Source: Octopus sinensis (taxonomy: Eukaryota). Taken from it: a stretch of 64,000 nucleotides of DNA. The position numbers were made by a program, and so were the translations under genes. The notes beneath the pieces are model-generated. The model was not told the DNA's origin. It did not search any database and saw only the letters and a program-made list of their open reading frames with translations. The stretch spans positions 28,396,001 through 28,460,000 of the forward strand of contig NC_043001.1 of the NCBI RefSeq assembly GCF_006345805.1. The letters run 5' to 3'. Shown piece by piece: positions 35,411-48,939 of this stretch (position 1 is the stretch's first letter; every line of letters begins with the position of its first letter).

Positions 35411-35990
35411 TGGTGTTTTATCAATTTAAGTAACCGGAAGTGCTCTCTCTCTCTCACTTCGTATGTGTATATACTTGTAGTGATGAGCCTCACGGCGGGG
35501 GTGGAAAACGGTCAGTTTGGGATGGAGATTTGCCTTGTGAGTACATTTCAACGTTAGACGCGATTGGCCGTACAGATGTTTAAAAAAAAAGCCGATTTGT
35601 TCAATATTCTCTGTAATTTTCTCCCAAATTTCATGATATAAAGATGCATTGATCCATTGTTAGTGGCTTCCGATTTGATATCTTCACTATAGCAAATGGA
35701 AAACTTTCTTGACTTTTGATCTTCTTTGTAAACAATAAAGATATATATCGATATAAAACTAAACATAAAGACGTACAATCTTGTGAAAACGTGTGCGCGC
35801 ACATTAATTTAATTAACGTATATATTAAAAAAAATATTAAATACACAAAATCTCCTTTGGTGTGTGCTTGTATGTGTATGTGTGTAGATACATTGATAAC
35901 AGTGCATATACCTTTGTCCTGTATACTTACATGTATGCAATTATGTGTATAAAAAGAAACGCATACAAATGTGAACATGTATATATATAT

Positions 35991-36073
<83 letters not shown>

Positions 36074-36171
36074 AAGGTAGATAGACAGATAGGCACATAC
36101 ACCATTGCATTCCTTAATGTATACTAATGTATGCGTGTATGATTCAGTGTGTATATGTATACATGCGTGTA

Positions 36172-36226
<55 letters not shown>

Positions 36227-36953
36227 GTGTGTGTGCGTTTGTATGTGTGTGTATGTATGTATATATGCACACCGAAGTATGTGCGTGCGCATGTGTGGAT
36301 GAGCAGCAATATCATATATCAAATTGTATGCACGCATACATACATTATAAATATATTCCAACTAAAGAACAACCAAAATACATTAATATAGAAAATGTAA
36401 TTCTAATAGAGGCAAATGCCTGGCAAAATATCCAACAAGGTCATCAAGGATGATCATTATGAATTGCAGATCACAAACGATAGAATAATAACCCGATTAC
36501 AATGGACACTCAATAGTTATTGGCAATATTTACATACAACTAGGGTCATTATTTTAGCTACACTGTCTATTAACCAGGACACTAAGTATATATAATTGAT
36601 TTTCTCTTTCTTTCTTCCAGCTCATCTTCACGCCATCTCTTCTCTATTTCTCTCTCTATATATATATCTCTTTTACTCTCTCTTATTCTCTCTTCCTCAC
36701 TCCCCACCTATTCGGCTCTATGCTAGCATAAGGTGAGTATGTTTCGTGTACTATGTAGATTTGTTGGTTCGTGAGGTAATGTTCTGAATCTGTATGGTTT
36801 ATTTTCCTCTTGGCTTGGCCGAAATCTAACGGGCGTACATATATAAATAGGTAGTAAATATGTGACTTTCGCTCAATGGCGTCTAATAATTGTACCTCTA
36901 TGTGTTTGTATGTGCGTATGTGAATGTGTATATGTGTACGTATATATGTGTGG

Positions 36954-36991
<38 letters not shown>

Positions 36992-37505
36992 TGTGTGTGT
37001 GTTTGTATTTACGGGTGTATGTGATTACGTCTGCACGGTCATTTTACTTTATTCATAAGCAGAGCATTTTATAAATATTAATAAATGAATTATTTCAGGT
37101 TAGATTCCAGCTATCTTTGTTATGTACACACGGACACGCAAATAAAAACGCGCACACATGCACGCATACACACACACATACACACACACACAAACACACG
37201 CACATACACAAACACACACACTCACACGCACACATGCACACAAATACACACACACACACACACTTACAAATATGCATAAATATATTTATGTACATACGTA
37301 TATAAGTGTGTGTATGAATATATGTATTTATGTATGTATGCGTGTATGGATGTATGTATGCATGTATGCATATGGGTGGAAATGAGTGTATAAATAGGTA
37401 AATAGATGGAAAAAGTACTAGGAGAGTCACAATCTGTTCTATGCATCGAAAAACCTAAAAGGTGAAGGGGAGAAAAAATTACAGTTGTAGCATACAGATA
37501 AACAA

Positions 37506-37545
<40 letters not shown>

Positions 37546-37568
37546 TGTAAGTATGTATGTATGTATGT

Positions 37569-38690
37569 CGTTATTCAGTTTTATTTCAATATTTCTTGCC
37601 AACGAAAAGCCGGTTTCTAACCCGGATCCAAGTCTCCTACACTGGAATTTCAACACCAACAGGGTATGTACGAATGTATATGTGCAGTATTTGGAGTCAG
37701 TAAACATGCAGATTTGTATGTTTTGTTTTATGTATGTATTCCCATGCATATAATTGCATGTCTAGACATGGACAAATATACTTAAACGATAAACCGCTGG
37801 AAAGTTTTACAAATTTTTAGTTTCATTGATGATTGGATCTGTAGTCTTCGAATTAGCTTTCTCCTTTCTGTTTTGGAGAAGCCTAATTTCTCAAGATTGG
37901 TACTTAGGCAGCCTGTTACATAACCCAGTGCCTCAATAATTACAGGTATAAACCTTAACTTGCAATCTGAGTAGAGCATCTTTAGATTTCTCAATAGTTC
38001 AGTGTATTTTCTTTGTTGATACTCTTTTACTTGTTTCAGTCATTTGACTGTGGCCATGTTGGAGCACAGCTTTTAGTCGAGCAAATCGACCCCATGACTT
38101 ATTTTTTTTAAGCCTAGTACTTATACTATCGGTCTCATTTGCCGAACCGCTAAGTTACGGGGACGTAAGCACACCAGCATCGGTTGTCAAGCGACGTTGG
38201 GGGGGGGACAAACACAGGCACACAAACACACATACGTATATATATACATATATACGACGGGCTTCTTTCAGTTTCCGTCTACCAAATCCACTCACAAGGC
38301 TTTGGTCAGCCCGAGGCTATAGCAGAAGACACTTGCCCAAGGTGCCACGCAGTGGGACTGAAACCGGAACCATATGGTTGGTAAGCAAGCTACTTGCCAC
38401 ACAGCCACTCTGTGCCTATGTTAACATCCGTTGGGCAGCCGATTTCCACAGCTATGCACAGTTTGTTTTTTCTGTCTCAAATCACTATGCCAGGTCTGTT
38501 ACGTTTACATTTTATTGAGGTTTTCACCGGGACCTTCCATCATAACTCCTTACTATGAGTGGCTATGGCTCCTACCATACTAAGTGTTTATATTTCTTTG
38601 GTCTCAAGGTTATCCTTCCGATGGATCTCATTATACAGTGTCTTAGCTACAACATCATGTCTCAGCGATAGATTTATTATAACAACTATA
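37569..38690 (-). mobile_element. R4-like RLE element 3' part (subfamily a), 3' end in (ACAT)n, interrupted by SINE-B
   Basis: RHDVVAKTLYNEI...KVPVKTSIKCKRNRPGIV...VEIGCPTDVNI [SINE] ELLRNLK...FIPVIIEALGYV...ICKTFQRF; junction (ATGT)n|CGTTATTCAGTTTTATTTCAA. Confidence 0.8.
38019..38418 (-). mobile_element. Full-length SINE-B inside the RLE element
   Basis: Standard head and tail; the RLE reading resumes on both sides. Confidence 0.88.
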
Positions 38691-38850
38691 TTGAGAATGG
38701 GAAATAGTTTCACCGTGCAATTCTAGCTGGGGAAATCGGTGCTAAAGAAATAGTTTCTATATAAATGAATATTTTCTAACAACGAGCTGATCAATTTAAG
38801 TCTGTTTACTTATATCTATTTATCTATCTATCTATCAGTCTGACTGTCTA

Positions 38851-38926
<76 letters not shown>

Positions 38927-39265
38927 CATGCGTGCGTGTATGTTTATATATACACTTTATAGGTATTTCTCAGTCTCTGTTTCTATATGATGTTCAATCG
39001 TTCTATCAATATGTCTATTTATTGATTGACCTGTATGATATCCAGAATAGTTAAATTGATATAAATTTCCATATTTAACAAAGTGTTACATATGTGAGTG
39101 CATATATATATATACTTATATCCACATATCCAATAATACTTATGAATATCTGTAGTTTATGAATTTCTATGACATATCTCTCCAACTTTCATTACGTCCC
39201 TCCATTTTTGTCTCTTTCTTTCCCACTCTCTTTCTTTCTTCTCTCTTACTGTTCCTTATTCTCTT

Positions 39266-39297
<32 letters not shown>

Positions 39298-39415
39298 ATT
39301 CTCCCCCGCCGTTCAATGTTTTTTAACCTATTTATCTATATTATCTATGTCTGACAATCCATCGATATATCAATCTTTTCATCAATTTTCTCGTGGGTGG
39401 GTGAGCCTGTGTATA

Positions 39416-39455
<40 letters not shown>

Positions 39456-39992
39456 CATACATATACATGTGCGTCTGTGCGTGTGTAAATATATACATAC
39501 ATATACACACACATACATACATGCATACGTATACATATATGCATACATACATATACATATTACATAAATTCACACACGCACACATACACACACACACATA
39601 CATATACATATATATATAGATATATTTACTCTCCACTCACCTCACACACACACAAACAAACACGCACACTCATACATACACGCACTCATACCTTTCTAGT
39701 GATATATAGATCTTGCTGCCTTCGGAAAAATATTTTAATGACAGCAAATATTCTGCCTATCTTTATTCATAAGGAATATTTCCAAGTGTGTTTATGAGAA
39801 TTCGATCTTTGGTTGCTTTACATCTCATGTTTGTACCGTATTTCGAGCGCATTCTTACTATATGTGTGTGTGTGGATTCGTATATCTGTATTTAGATAAC
39901 AACTAGAACTTTACTTCCTAAAATTTCCCAGGAAGATAGATGTCTACGCAAATGCACTCTATCATCTTCTCGCTACGCACTACCATTCGCTT

Positions 39993-40393
39993 TCGTAGGA
40001 GAGGCTGTGTGGTACGTAGCTTGCTTACCAACCACATGGTTCCGGGTTCAGTCCCACTGCGTGGCACCTTGGGCAGTATCTCTAGAAGACCATCGTATAT
40101 ATATATATAGATATTATATATCTATATATATTATATATATATATATATTATATATATATATATATATCCATAACAGATAAACATATACATATATGTGTGT
40201 ATATATTTGTGTCTCTGTGTTTGTCCCCCCAACATCGCTTGCCAACCGATGCTGGTGTGTTTACGTCCCTGTAACTTAGCGGTTCGGCAAAAGAGATGGA
40301 TAGAATAAGTACTACCCTTACAAAGAATAAGTCCTGCGGTCGATGTGCTCCACTAAAGGCGGTACACCAGTATGGCCACCGTCATATGACTGA
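39993..40393 (+). mobile_element. SINE-B with internal deletion
   Basis: CGTAGGAGAGGCTGTGTGGTACGTAGCTTGCTTACC...GACTGAAACAAGTAAAAGAGCAAAAGA. Confidence 0.85.
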
Positions 40394-40737
40394 AACAAGT
40401 AAAAGAGCAAAAGATATATACATCTATACATAACATACATATACAGGCACACACACTACACACACACACATATACATATATCTATGTGTGTGTGTATGCG
40501 TGTGTGTATGTGTATGTGTGTGCTAAAACCTCCAAGCCCTTCTCAATACGATTCTTAGTAAAGAATTAAAATTTGCACGTTGCCAAGTGTATTGCGCAAT
40601 CTTTCAATCTAATGTGAAAATACCTGTATAGTAACATAAAAACAAACAATAATATATACACAAATATATATATATATACACGCGCGCACATAAACGCATA
40701 CACACACCCATACACATATATATTTATATATGTATAT

Positions 40738-41025
40738 TGTTGTTTGTTCCTTCTCGAGCCATGCCTGGCTCATAAGGGCCGGTTTCCCGGTTTCCTTGGC
40801 GTATAGGTCCCCCACCTGGACGGGACGCCTGTCCGTCGCAGGATAGCTGCATGATGCAGGAGGAAAGAGTGAGAAAATTGTGGCGAAAGAGTCAACAGAA
40901 GTTCGCCATTACCGCGTGGAGCTTAGCTGTTTCGCTCATCAACACACACATCGCCCGGTCTGAGATTCGAATTCGCAATCCCTCGACCTCGAGTCCGCTG
41001 CTCTAACAACCACGCCATGTGCCTT

Positions 41026-41028
<3 letters not shown>
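40738..41028 (-). mobile_element. tRNA-derived SINE-D
   Basis: Minus strand GTGAAGGCACATGGCGTGGTTGTTAGAGCAGCGGACTCG..., B-box, CAGACCGGGCGATGTGTGTG; related copy at 62185-62340. Confidence 0.7.
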
Positions 41029-41075
<47 letters not shown>

Positions 41076-41305
41076 ATATATATACACATATACATATGGT
41101 GTGTGTGTGTGTGTGTGTAGTAATACATATATGCACATACATACATAATACATACATAATCAAACAGAGGAAGTGGGGGAGATCTGAAATATAGAAGTGA
41201 AAGTAAAGAAAGAATATAGAAAAAGGAAACGATAGAAAGGATTTTAGCGTAGCTAGACGATAGACAGACAGGTAAATAGATAGCTGGATAGATAGATAGA
41301 TAGAC

Positions 41306-41381
<76 letters not shown>

Positions 41382-42698
41382 TAGATAGATAGGTGCTATG
41401 ATATTGATACCATGGTAATGTTTATGTACGCATGCGCAAAACAGTATCTTACTCTTACTCATCCTTCTTCCACTTCTATTTGCCATGTTTGAATGATGAC
41501 GTTTGCACAGCTTTTCGACCGCATTAGAAGAAAGACGAAACTCGCTAACTATATCAATTGGATGGATACACACCAGTAAAACTTACCAAATAGAGAAATA
41601 AGAATATTAATGAATTCAATACCAGATACAATATAAAAAATACATAAATCGATAAACAAACCGTTTCCCACTTAAATTCTAGATCGGAAAGATGAAGAAA
41701 TCAATGTATTTTGAAATACTAATGCTTTAATGAAAACTATGAAAGAACTACCTTTTTCCCCATTTATTCCGATAGTGTTCGAGTCCACAAGGTTTTCAAT
41801 TAGCATATATGATCGCCTAATGTCATTCATGAGAATCTAGGATCGGTTGTCTTGATTGTTTGCTAAGTCGGAAACCGAAATTGAATATCGGCAAACTGTT
41901 CGAGGTAAGAGAAGGTCGATGTAACAAGGGCTAGTATTAGACAAATAGCATAGCTTATGAACGCTACTGAAAAAAAAACCCTTTGTTATCGGCTTTGGGA
42001 TTAATCTAAAATGTTGCTGTTTGATGAATGTTGGTGTTGTGAGGTTTCGAGATATACAAGTATGGTTTTTATTTCTTTTATTTATATACTTATTTGATTT
42101 CTTTAGCTTTTGTTGCTCTTTTCTATTTTGTCTGCTTTTGCATTTTCAGCGGTAATCCTGATCAAATACAAAAGCTATGCGCTTCATTTAGATTTGCTCA
42201 GCCACATCCCAATTAACAGCTTTCCGCCAACAACAGACAAAGGGCACCTTCCGATAAGTACCTCGTGGGAGATATCAGATACTCCTTTGTAAATTAAAGT
42301 ATTTATCTATCTCACAGAATGCGTTTGTATTGCTGTGTTTGCCAATGGTCCATTCAATTTAAGTTTGTAATCCGTTTGTATATTTACATACGCTCAAACA
42401 TACAAACATACGTAGTCACAACGACATGGAATATTATACATATATGTTTGTAAATATAGATGCATGCACACATACATTTATATATGGTTGTGTATGCATG
42501 CATATGCAAATACACATACACACATATATATGTGTATATATATGTGTGTGTATACATACATACATATACACACCTATGTGACAACGCTTCTATGTACCTA
42601 TAAATGTTATTCTGCACAAATAGTATGTATTTATAACAGTAGAAATTTGGTAATAGTAACTCCGTTCACGTCATGCGGTTTGATACATCGATGTATGT

Positions 42699-42738
<40 letters not shown>

Positions 42739-42934
42739 AATGAATAGCAACGGCTTTTCTGATAATTTCTCCACTTTAATAAATAGATGTTTATAAATTA
42801 CTAGGTGGTTCTTATCATGCATACGCATCTAATTAATAGGGTAGAAAAAAAATATCAGGAAATATTCGTTTTTTCAAATATATAATACTGTACCAGAGAC
42901 TTTCTATTTCTAATTCTACACACACAGACACACA

Positions 42935-42989
<55 letters not shown>

Positions 42990-42999
42990 CACATATATA

Positions 43000-43046
<47 letters not shown>

Positions 43047-43418
43047 CATATATATGTATATATATATATAGGAACAATCTTATTAGAAATGGATGCGTGC
43101 GTTCTGCCATATAATAAATTAATAAATAAATAAATAAATAAAATATATGCATATTACATACATATATGTACGTACTACCTCTACATGTATATATACATGC
43201 ATATATGGGTACAGGACACCCAAAAACACGCGAAACACAATGAGAGAAGAAAAAAACGGAAAATAATAAACACAAAACCAAGGAAATGGACATTTTTTTA
43301 AAAACAACGAAAAAATAGAGTACAGGACATACAAATGTACTTATAATATGTATGTATATATATATGTATACATATGAATATATATGTTTATATGTATATA
43401 TATTATATATATATATGG

Positions 43419-43483
<65 letters not shown>

Positions 43484-43529
43484 ATTATATATATGGTATA
43501 GTATATATCTATATATATATATATATTAT

Positions 43530-43563
<34 letters not shown>

Positions 43564-43905
43564 ACAGAAACAAGTTTCAAAGAAAAAGACTACACATGGT
43601 ATAAATAGGGGAAAGTAAAAAGAAACAAAGAAAATGCACACTAGTTATAAAAGTAATGACTTTTTAAAATAAAAACAAAGATATATACATACAAATAAAT
43701 GATTTGAGGTGGAATCAAGAAGCATAAAAATCATTATCATGAGTCAATATAGAAGGTCAAGAAAGTCACACCGGTTTCGTAATCGCTGTTCACTGACTTT
43801 AAATCAACACCGATTTCCATACGGTGTTGGGTCTAATAGTACCTGAGAGAAAATATTGCATGCAAGGGAGGTAAGCAGTTGTGAAAATAAAGCAGTTAGG
43901 TTAAT

Positions 43906-44083
43906 ATGGTTAATAGAGTATGAATGATGTATGTATGATGATTAGATGGATTATTGGTATTAGTAAGGTTAGTAGTGTCCTGTATTAAATTGCGTGTTCG
44001 TGGGGACACTACTAACCTTACGAATACCAAAAACCTCACTAATTATCATACATCACATATACCATTCATGCTGTATTAACCAT
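43906..44083. repeat. 178-bp imperfect inverted repeat (fold-back)
   Basis: Arms 43906-43980 and 44004-44083; core GGTATTAGTAAGGTTAGTAGTGTCC pairs with GGACACTACTAACCTTACGAATACC (24/25); 23-nt loop. Confidence 0.85.
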
Positions 44084-44763
44084 GGTGGTGGTGGTGGTGG
44101 TGGTTGTGGTGGTGATGGTCGTCGTCGTAGTTTAGTATTGTTGTTGCTAACTACTGCAGCAGTAGTGTGATGCCAGTGGTGGTGGCGGTGGTGATAGTAG
44201 TACATTCGATCTTACTTTTTTCTGTTTTTATAGTTGTTGGTATTTTCGCTGTCACCATGACTACCTGATGTCGTACAATTTGCAGGGTTTTTGTTGTTGT
44301 TGATGATGTTCTATAAGTTAGGCATGTTATAAATATTGTTGTAGTTACTGCTCTAGCTACTGCTGCTGAAGCAATCTACACGTCGCTGTAGCGATGGTAA
44401 ATCTTTTTAGTCTTTGTACTATGAGAAGCAGGAGATCTACTTTCGTTGATGGACTGAAGTGAAGAGACTCAGAAGAAGCAGGAAGCCTTCGTCTTTGAAA
44501 ATCGCCCCGTATTTCTCTCTCTAGCTACCGGGTTGTTAGATACCGCTTTCTCGTAAAGATGCTTTTTCAAATAAACCATTTCAGAGTTTTATTCAATTTC
44601 ATTTTACCAAAGGGGTAAGGAGCAAAGGAGCTAACCAATCCACCGGTATTTTGTTAGCTTGTAAAAGGTAGATAATAGATATTAGCAATCAAAATGTGAC
44701 AAAATATAAGAATGAGCAACAAAAAGCGTAAGGCAAGCATCAGATGCATATTGGTTACTACAA

Positions 44764-44812
<49 letters not shown>

Positions 44813-44831
44813 AGAAAAAGTGTTTTAATAT

Positions 44832-45042
44832 AGGCACACAGAGGGAACAAACAAGGACAGACAAACGGATTAAGTCGATTATATCGACCCCAATGCGTAA
44901 CTGGTACTTATTTAATCGACTCCGAAAGGATGAAAGGTAAAAATCGACCTCAACAGAATTTGAACTCAGAACTTTGTGTGCAAACGAAATACCGCTAAAC
45001 ATTTCGCCCGGCGTGCTAACGATTCTGCCAGCTCGCCGCCTT
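44832..45042 (-). mobile_element. SINE-A monomer, tail truncated or hybrid
   Basis: Standard head and core; minus-strand end TTGTTCCCTCTGTGTGCCTATA. Confidence 0.82.
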
Positions 45043-45676
45043 ACAAGGACAAAATAATGTAAAGCACTTTGCAGGACGCTCTATGGCTTCAACCAGTCTA
45101 CCACCTTTATGATGATGGTGATGATGATGACGATGATAACAATAACAATAACAAAACGAACAATGATAACAGTAATAATTAAGCAAACAAAAATCCATTA
45201 AAAAACAATAGTAGTAATAAAAACTGTTATAAAAACAGCAATAGTAATAAATCGTAGTAATAAATTGTAATTAAATAGAACATGAAGGATAGTTAATAAC
45301 AACAACAGCAACATTTTGAACAAAATGGTTTGAAATAAATAACATTAAAAAAAATGTCGGTCTATACTTCACTTTAGAATTCAGTAGATTGTGTTTTTAT
45401 TGAGATACTAAAATTATTTATAATTTATAATTTCCTATTATATTTTAATGTCTCAAATCTTTTCTGATTGTTCTCCTATCGTTCTACTGTCGAATACTGA
45501 AACAATTTTCATGTGACACTCATTACCCGGCTGTTATTTGGGTGGAGGGTGAGAATATATACCCTTATAGTCACCTACAGATTTGTTTTCTACAATCTCA
45601 ACACACATCTTCAGCGAGGCAGTATATGAATGTTTTAAAGTAAGAGGTAGCTTTTCGGGTGAGTAAATATATTGAT

Positions 45677-45730
45677 TCGGTTTCGATTTCCTCTCGGTTT
45701 CGATTTCCTCTCGGTTTCGATTTCCACTTC
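45677..45730. repeat. 17-bp tandem repeat x3
   Basis: TCGGTTTCGATTTCCTC repeated. Confidence 0.85.
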
Positions 45731-46240
45731 GTTTACGAATTTACACGGCTAATTCTGTAACCTTACGTTTACGTTGTCAATTAAAACTAGAAATAACAGT
45801 CAAATCTTTCTCAAATTTAAATTCAACTGTCTGAAAAAAGAAGAATAACAGATGGAACTATTTTCACTTGGAAAAAAAATGGCGTAAACAGCGTGTGGAA
45901 TCCATTCGTAGTGAAAACATTGATCGTAACTACATAAAACATTTTACAAAGCAGAAAAAGTATTAACCTATATGTAAGAAAAAATTATTCTTAGTCATCT
46001 CTACAACTGGTCTTGCTCTAGACCACAACACATCATTGTCTTCAACCACTCAAATAACAGTGGAACAGTAATGTGATAGCTAGGCCTGCTAAAAATAAGA
46101 GTCCAAACTTCTTTGAATCGCACCCTATCATCTTGAAGGAAGGCATCAAAGCAAACCAGCAAAATTTATCCTGCCTTTCTATGGTATATAAGACTGCATT
46201 ACCTAGTGTTCTTGTCTTCATATAAGACGATAGACGGAGA

Positions 46241-46466
46241 TTTACTCTTCTACTTGTTTCAGTCATTTGACTGTGGCCATGCAGGAGCACCGCTTTTTTA
46301 GTCGAGTATATCGACCCCAGGACCTATTCTTTGTAAGCCTAGTACTTATTCTATCGGTCTCTTTTGCCGTAACGCTAAGGTACGGGGACCTAAACACACC
46401 AGCATCGGTTGTCAAGCGATGTTGGGGGGACAAACACAGACACACAAACATATACACACACATACA

Positions 46467-46505
<39 letters not shown>

Positions 46506-46670
46506 CATATATACGACGGGCTCTTTTCAGTTTCCGTCTACCAAATCCACTCACAAGGCTTTGGTCGGCTATAGCAGAAGACTCTTGCCCAAGGTATCAT
46601 GCAGTGGGACTGAACCCGGAACAATGTGGTTCGTAAGCAAGCTACTAACCACAAAGCCATTCCTACGCCT
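46241..46670 (-). mobile_element. Full-length SINE-B
   Basis: Standard head, internal (TA)n and tail. Confidence 0.87.
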
Positions 46671-46759
46671 AGTGAATTTTAAAAATCATAAAAAGAAAAT
46701 GGGTAATGTTATTTTCTCAAGTCTCGGCTTCAATGGCGTCCCATCCAGGTACGCCAGTC

Positions 46760-46921
46760 CGTCGCAAGATTACTCATTTTTGCCAGCTAAGTGGACTAGA
46801 GAAACGTGAAATGAAGTGTTTTACTCAAGAACACAACTCGTTGCCTGGCCCAGGAATCGAAACCACAATCTTACGATCATGAGTCCAACACCCTAACCAC
46901 GAAGCCATGCAACGCACCTTC
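46760..46921 (-). mobile_element. SINE-C 5' part
   Basis: Minus strand GCATGGCTTCGTGGTTAGGGTGTTGGACTCATGATC...GGTTTCGATTCC...GTGTTCTTGAGTAAAACACTTCATTTCAC. Confidence 0.72.
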
Positions 46922-47864
46922 ACTAGACAGCGATTTGCAGGAGGTATGATTGTTTTTTCTAGTAAGTCAAACGACCTCGTAGATGCTCTCTCGTTAGCTT
47001 GACCGTGTGAAGTTGCGCATAAGTACGCCAGTTCTTGAAACTGAAGAAGTCAATTTTCTTTTAAACAATATTTGACTTAATATTGTATTCAGATATTTTT
47101 ATTCACCATTGCACTTCAGCTGGCCACTTTCCGTGAATTATACCATCTTCTGTAGAAAGTACTGCGTAGACTTCCACAGTGAATATCAATATCAAATTCT
47201 TTTTTCTCTCTTATTTTTCTTTTCTTTTTTGGTTTTTATTTTTTATTTATTTTATTTTATTTTTTATTTTTGAACATCAGTCTTGCTGAAAATATATTTA
47301 TTGTATTGCACTATACGTATTGGAAAACGTTCATGTTGCATCGTTTATAAACCGTACGAAACATGGTGTATGTTCTATTAAAATAGCTTTATTCATAGCA
47401 AACCTGACCGTGCATATTTTATTGGAACAGAGTGGAGAAAGAGTGTGATATAATGGAATAACCGATAGAGAAAATAGAAGAGAAAACTAGAAAATTTTGG
47501 TCTCTTTAATCCGTCTTATTTGTTTGTCGAAACTGCAACGCTCTTGAAATCATGATTTCACCCTCCTCCTCCTCCTCATCATCATCATCATCATCAATAT
47601 TTGAAATACTGTAATAACTAAGACATTGGTAAATAAATGTGCATATTCATAAAGATTCAACTGAGGCAGAGCTTAGGCGGAAAAAATAAACAAGTTGAAA
47701 TAAGAAAATAAAATCCTGAATTAAAAGATTTAGAAAAGAGTAGTCAAGTATACAAAGATATAATGCAACCAAGAACACGTAATACTCATAATCCAGTAAC
47801 AATTGCAAGTAAATGAAATATAATAAATACCATATTCATGTATAAATATTGGTTTTAAATTTTA

Positions 47865-48218
47865 GCACAAGGCCAGTAATTTCGGGAATGGGGCTAAGTC
47901 GATTAGATTGGCGCTTATTTTTATCGACCTCGAAAGGATAGAAGGTAGAATCAACCCCGGAGAAATTTGAATTCAGAACGTGAAGACGGACGGAACAGCA
48001 TTTTGCCCCGCGTGCTAATGATTCTTTTCTACTCTTCTAAGCACAAGACTAGTCGATTAGATCGACCCCAGTACGCAACTGTTACTTAATTTATCGACCC
48101 CGAAGGAATGAAAGGCAAAGTCGTCCTCGGCGGAATTTGAACTCAGAACGTAGAGATAGACGAAATACCGCTAAGCATTTTGCCCGGCGTGCTAACGTTT
48201 CTGCCAACAAGCCGCCTT
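47865..48218 (-). mobile_element. Two adjacent SINE-A-family copies
   Basis: Two B-box/core units (about 47865-48025 with the alternative tail, and 48043-48218). Confidence 0.72.
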
Positions 48219-48404
48219 ATTCGTGTACAGTGAGTTTTCAAAGCACAAGTATGATACAGGTTCTCTCCGAAAGAGTCCTCTTTTCATTTAGAATGCTCTA
48301 TCTCTCTCTTTCTCTCTCTTTGTGTGTATATATATATATATATATTATATATATATATATATATTATATATATATATATTATATATAATATATGTGTGTG
48401 TGTG

Positions 48405-48438
<34 letters not shown>

Positions 48439-48939
48439 TGTATGTATGTATGTATGTTGTATGTATGTATGTATGTATGTATGTAAGTATGTAGCCATTT
48501 CACATTTGTACTCTTCATAACTTGTAAATATGAAAATTCTTATAAAACTTAATACATGAACTCTATTGTGAAAATCAAGTTGACTGGGACTTCGCAGTGA
48601 GTTTGACTTTACTATCAGGATAGAGTTACATAAACAATGGATGGTCAGTTGTTATTCTATCCAGCTCTGAAGTTATAACATTATTTCACATTTGCATTAA
48701 CACTTACATTGCTTTATTTCTTCTGGTTTCAGCCAGGAGCGTGGTCATGCTGGAGCACTGCCTTTCAGTGTGTTTCGGTTTCTTTTCTATACCGTTTTTT
48801 GGTGAAGTAGCGAGTTCGACGAAGCTGCACTTCTTTTTGCCTCCTGCCGCGATATGGGCTCATCTGATATTTCATATATAAATTAGTCCAAACACTCTTT
48901 AAAGATCTCCATCTCATAAATCTCTGAGATTGTTTCGCA

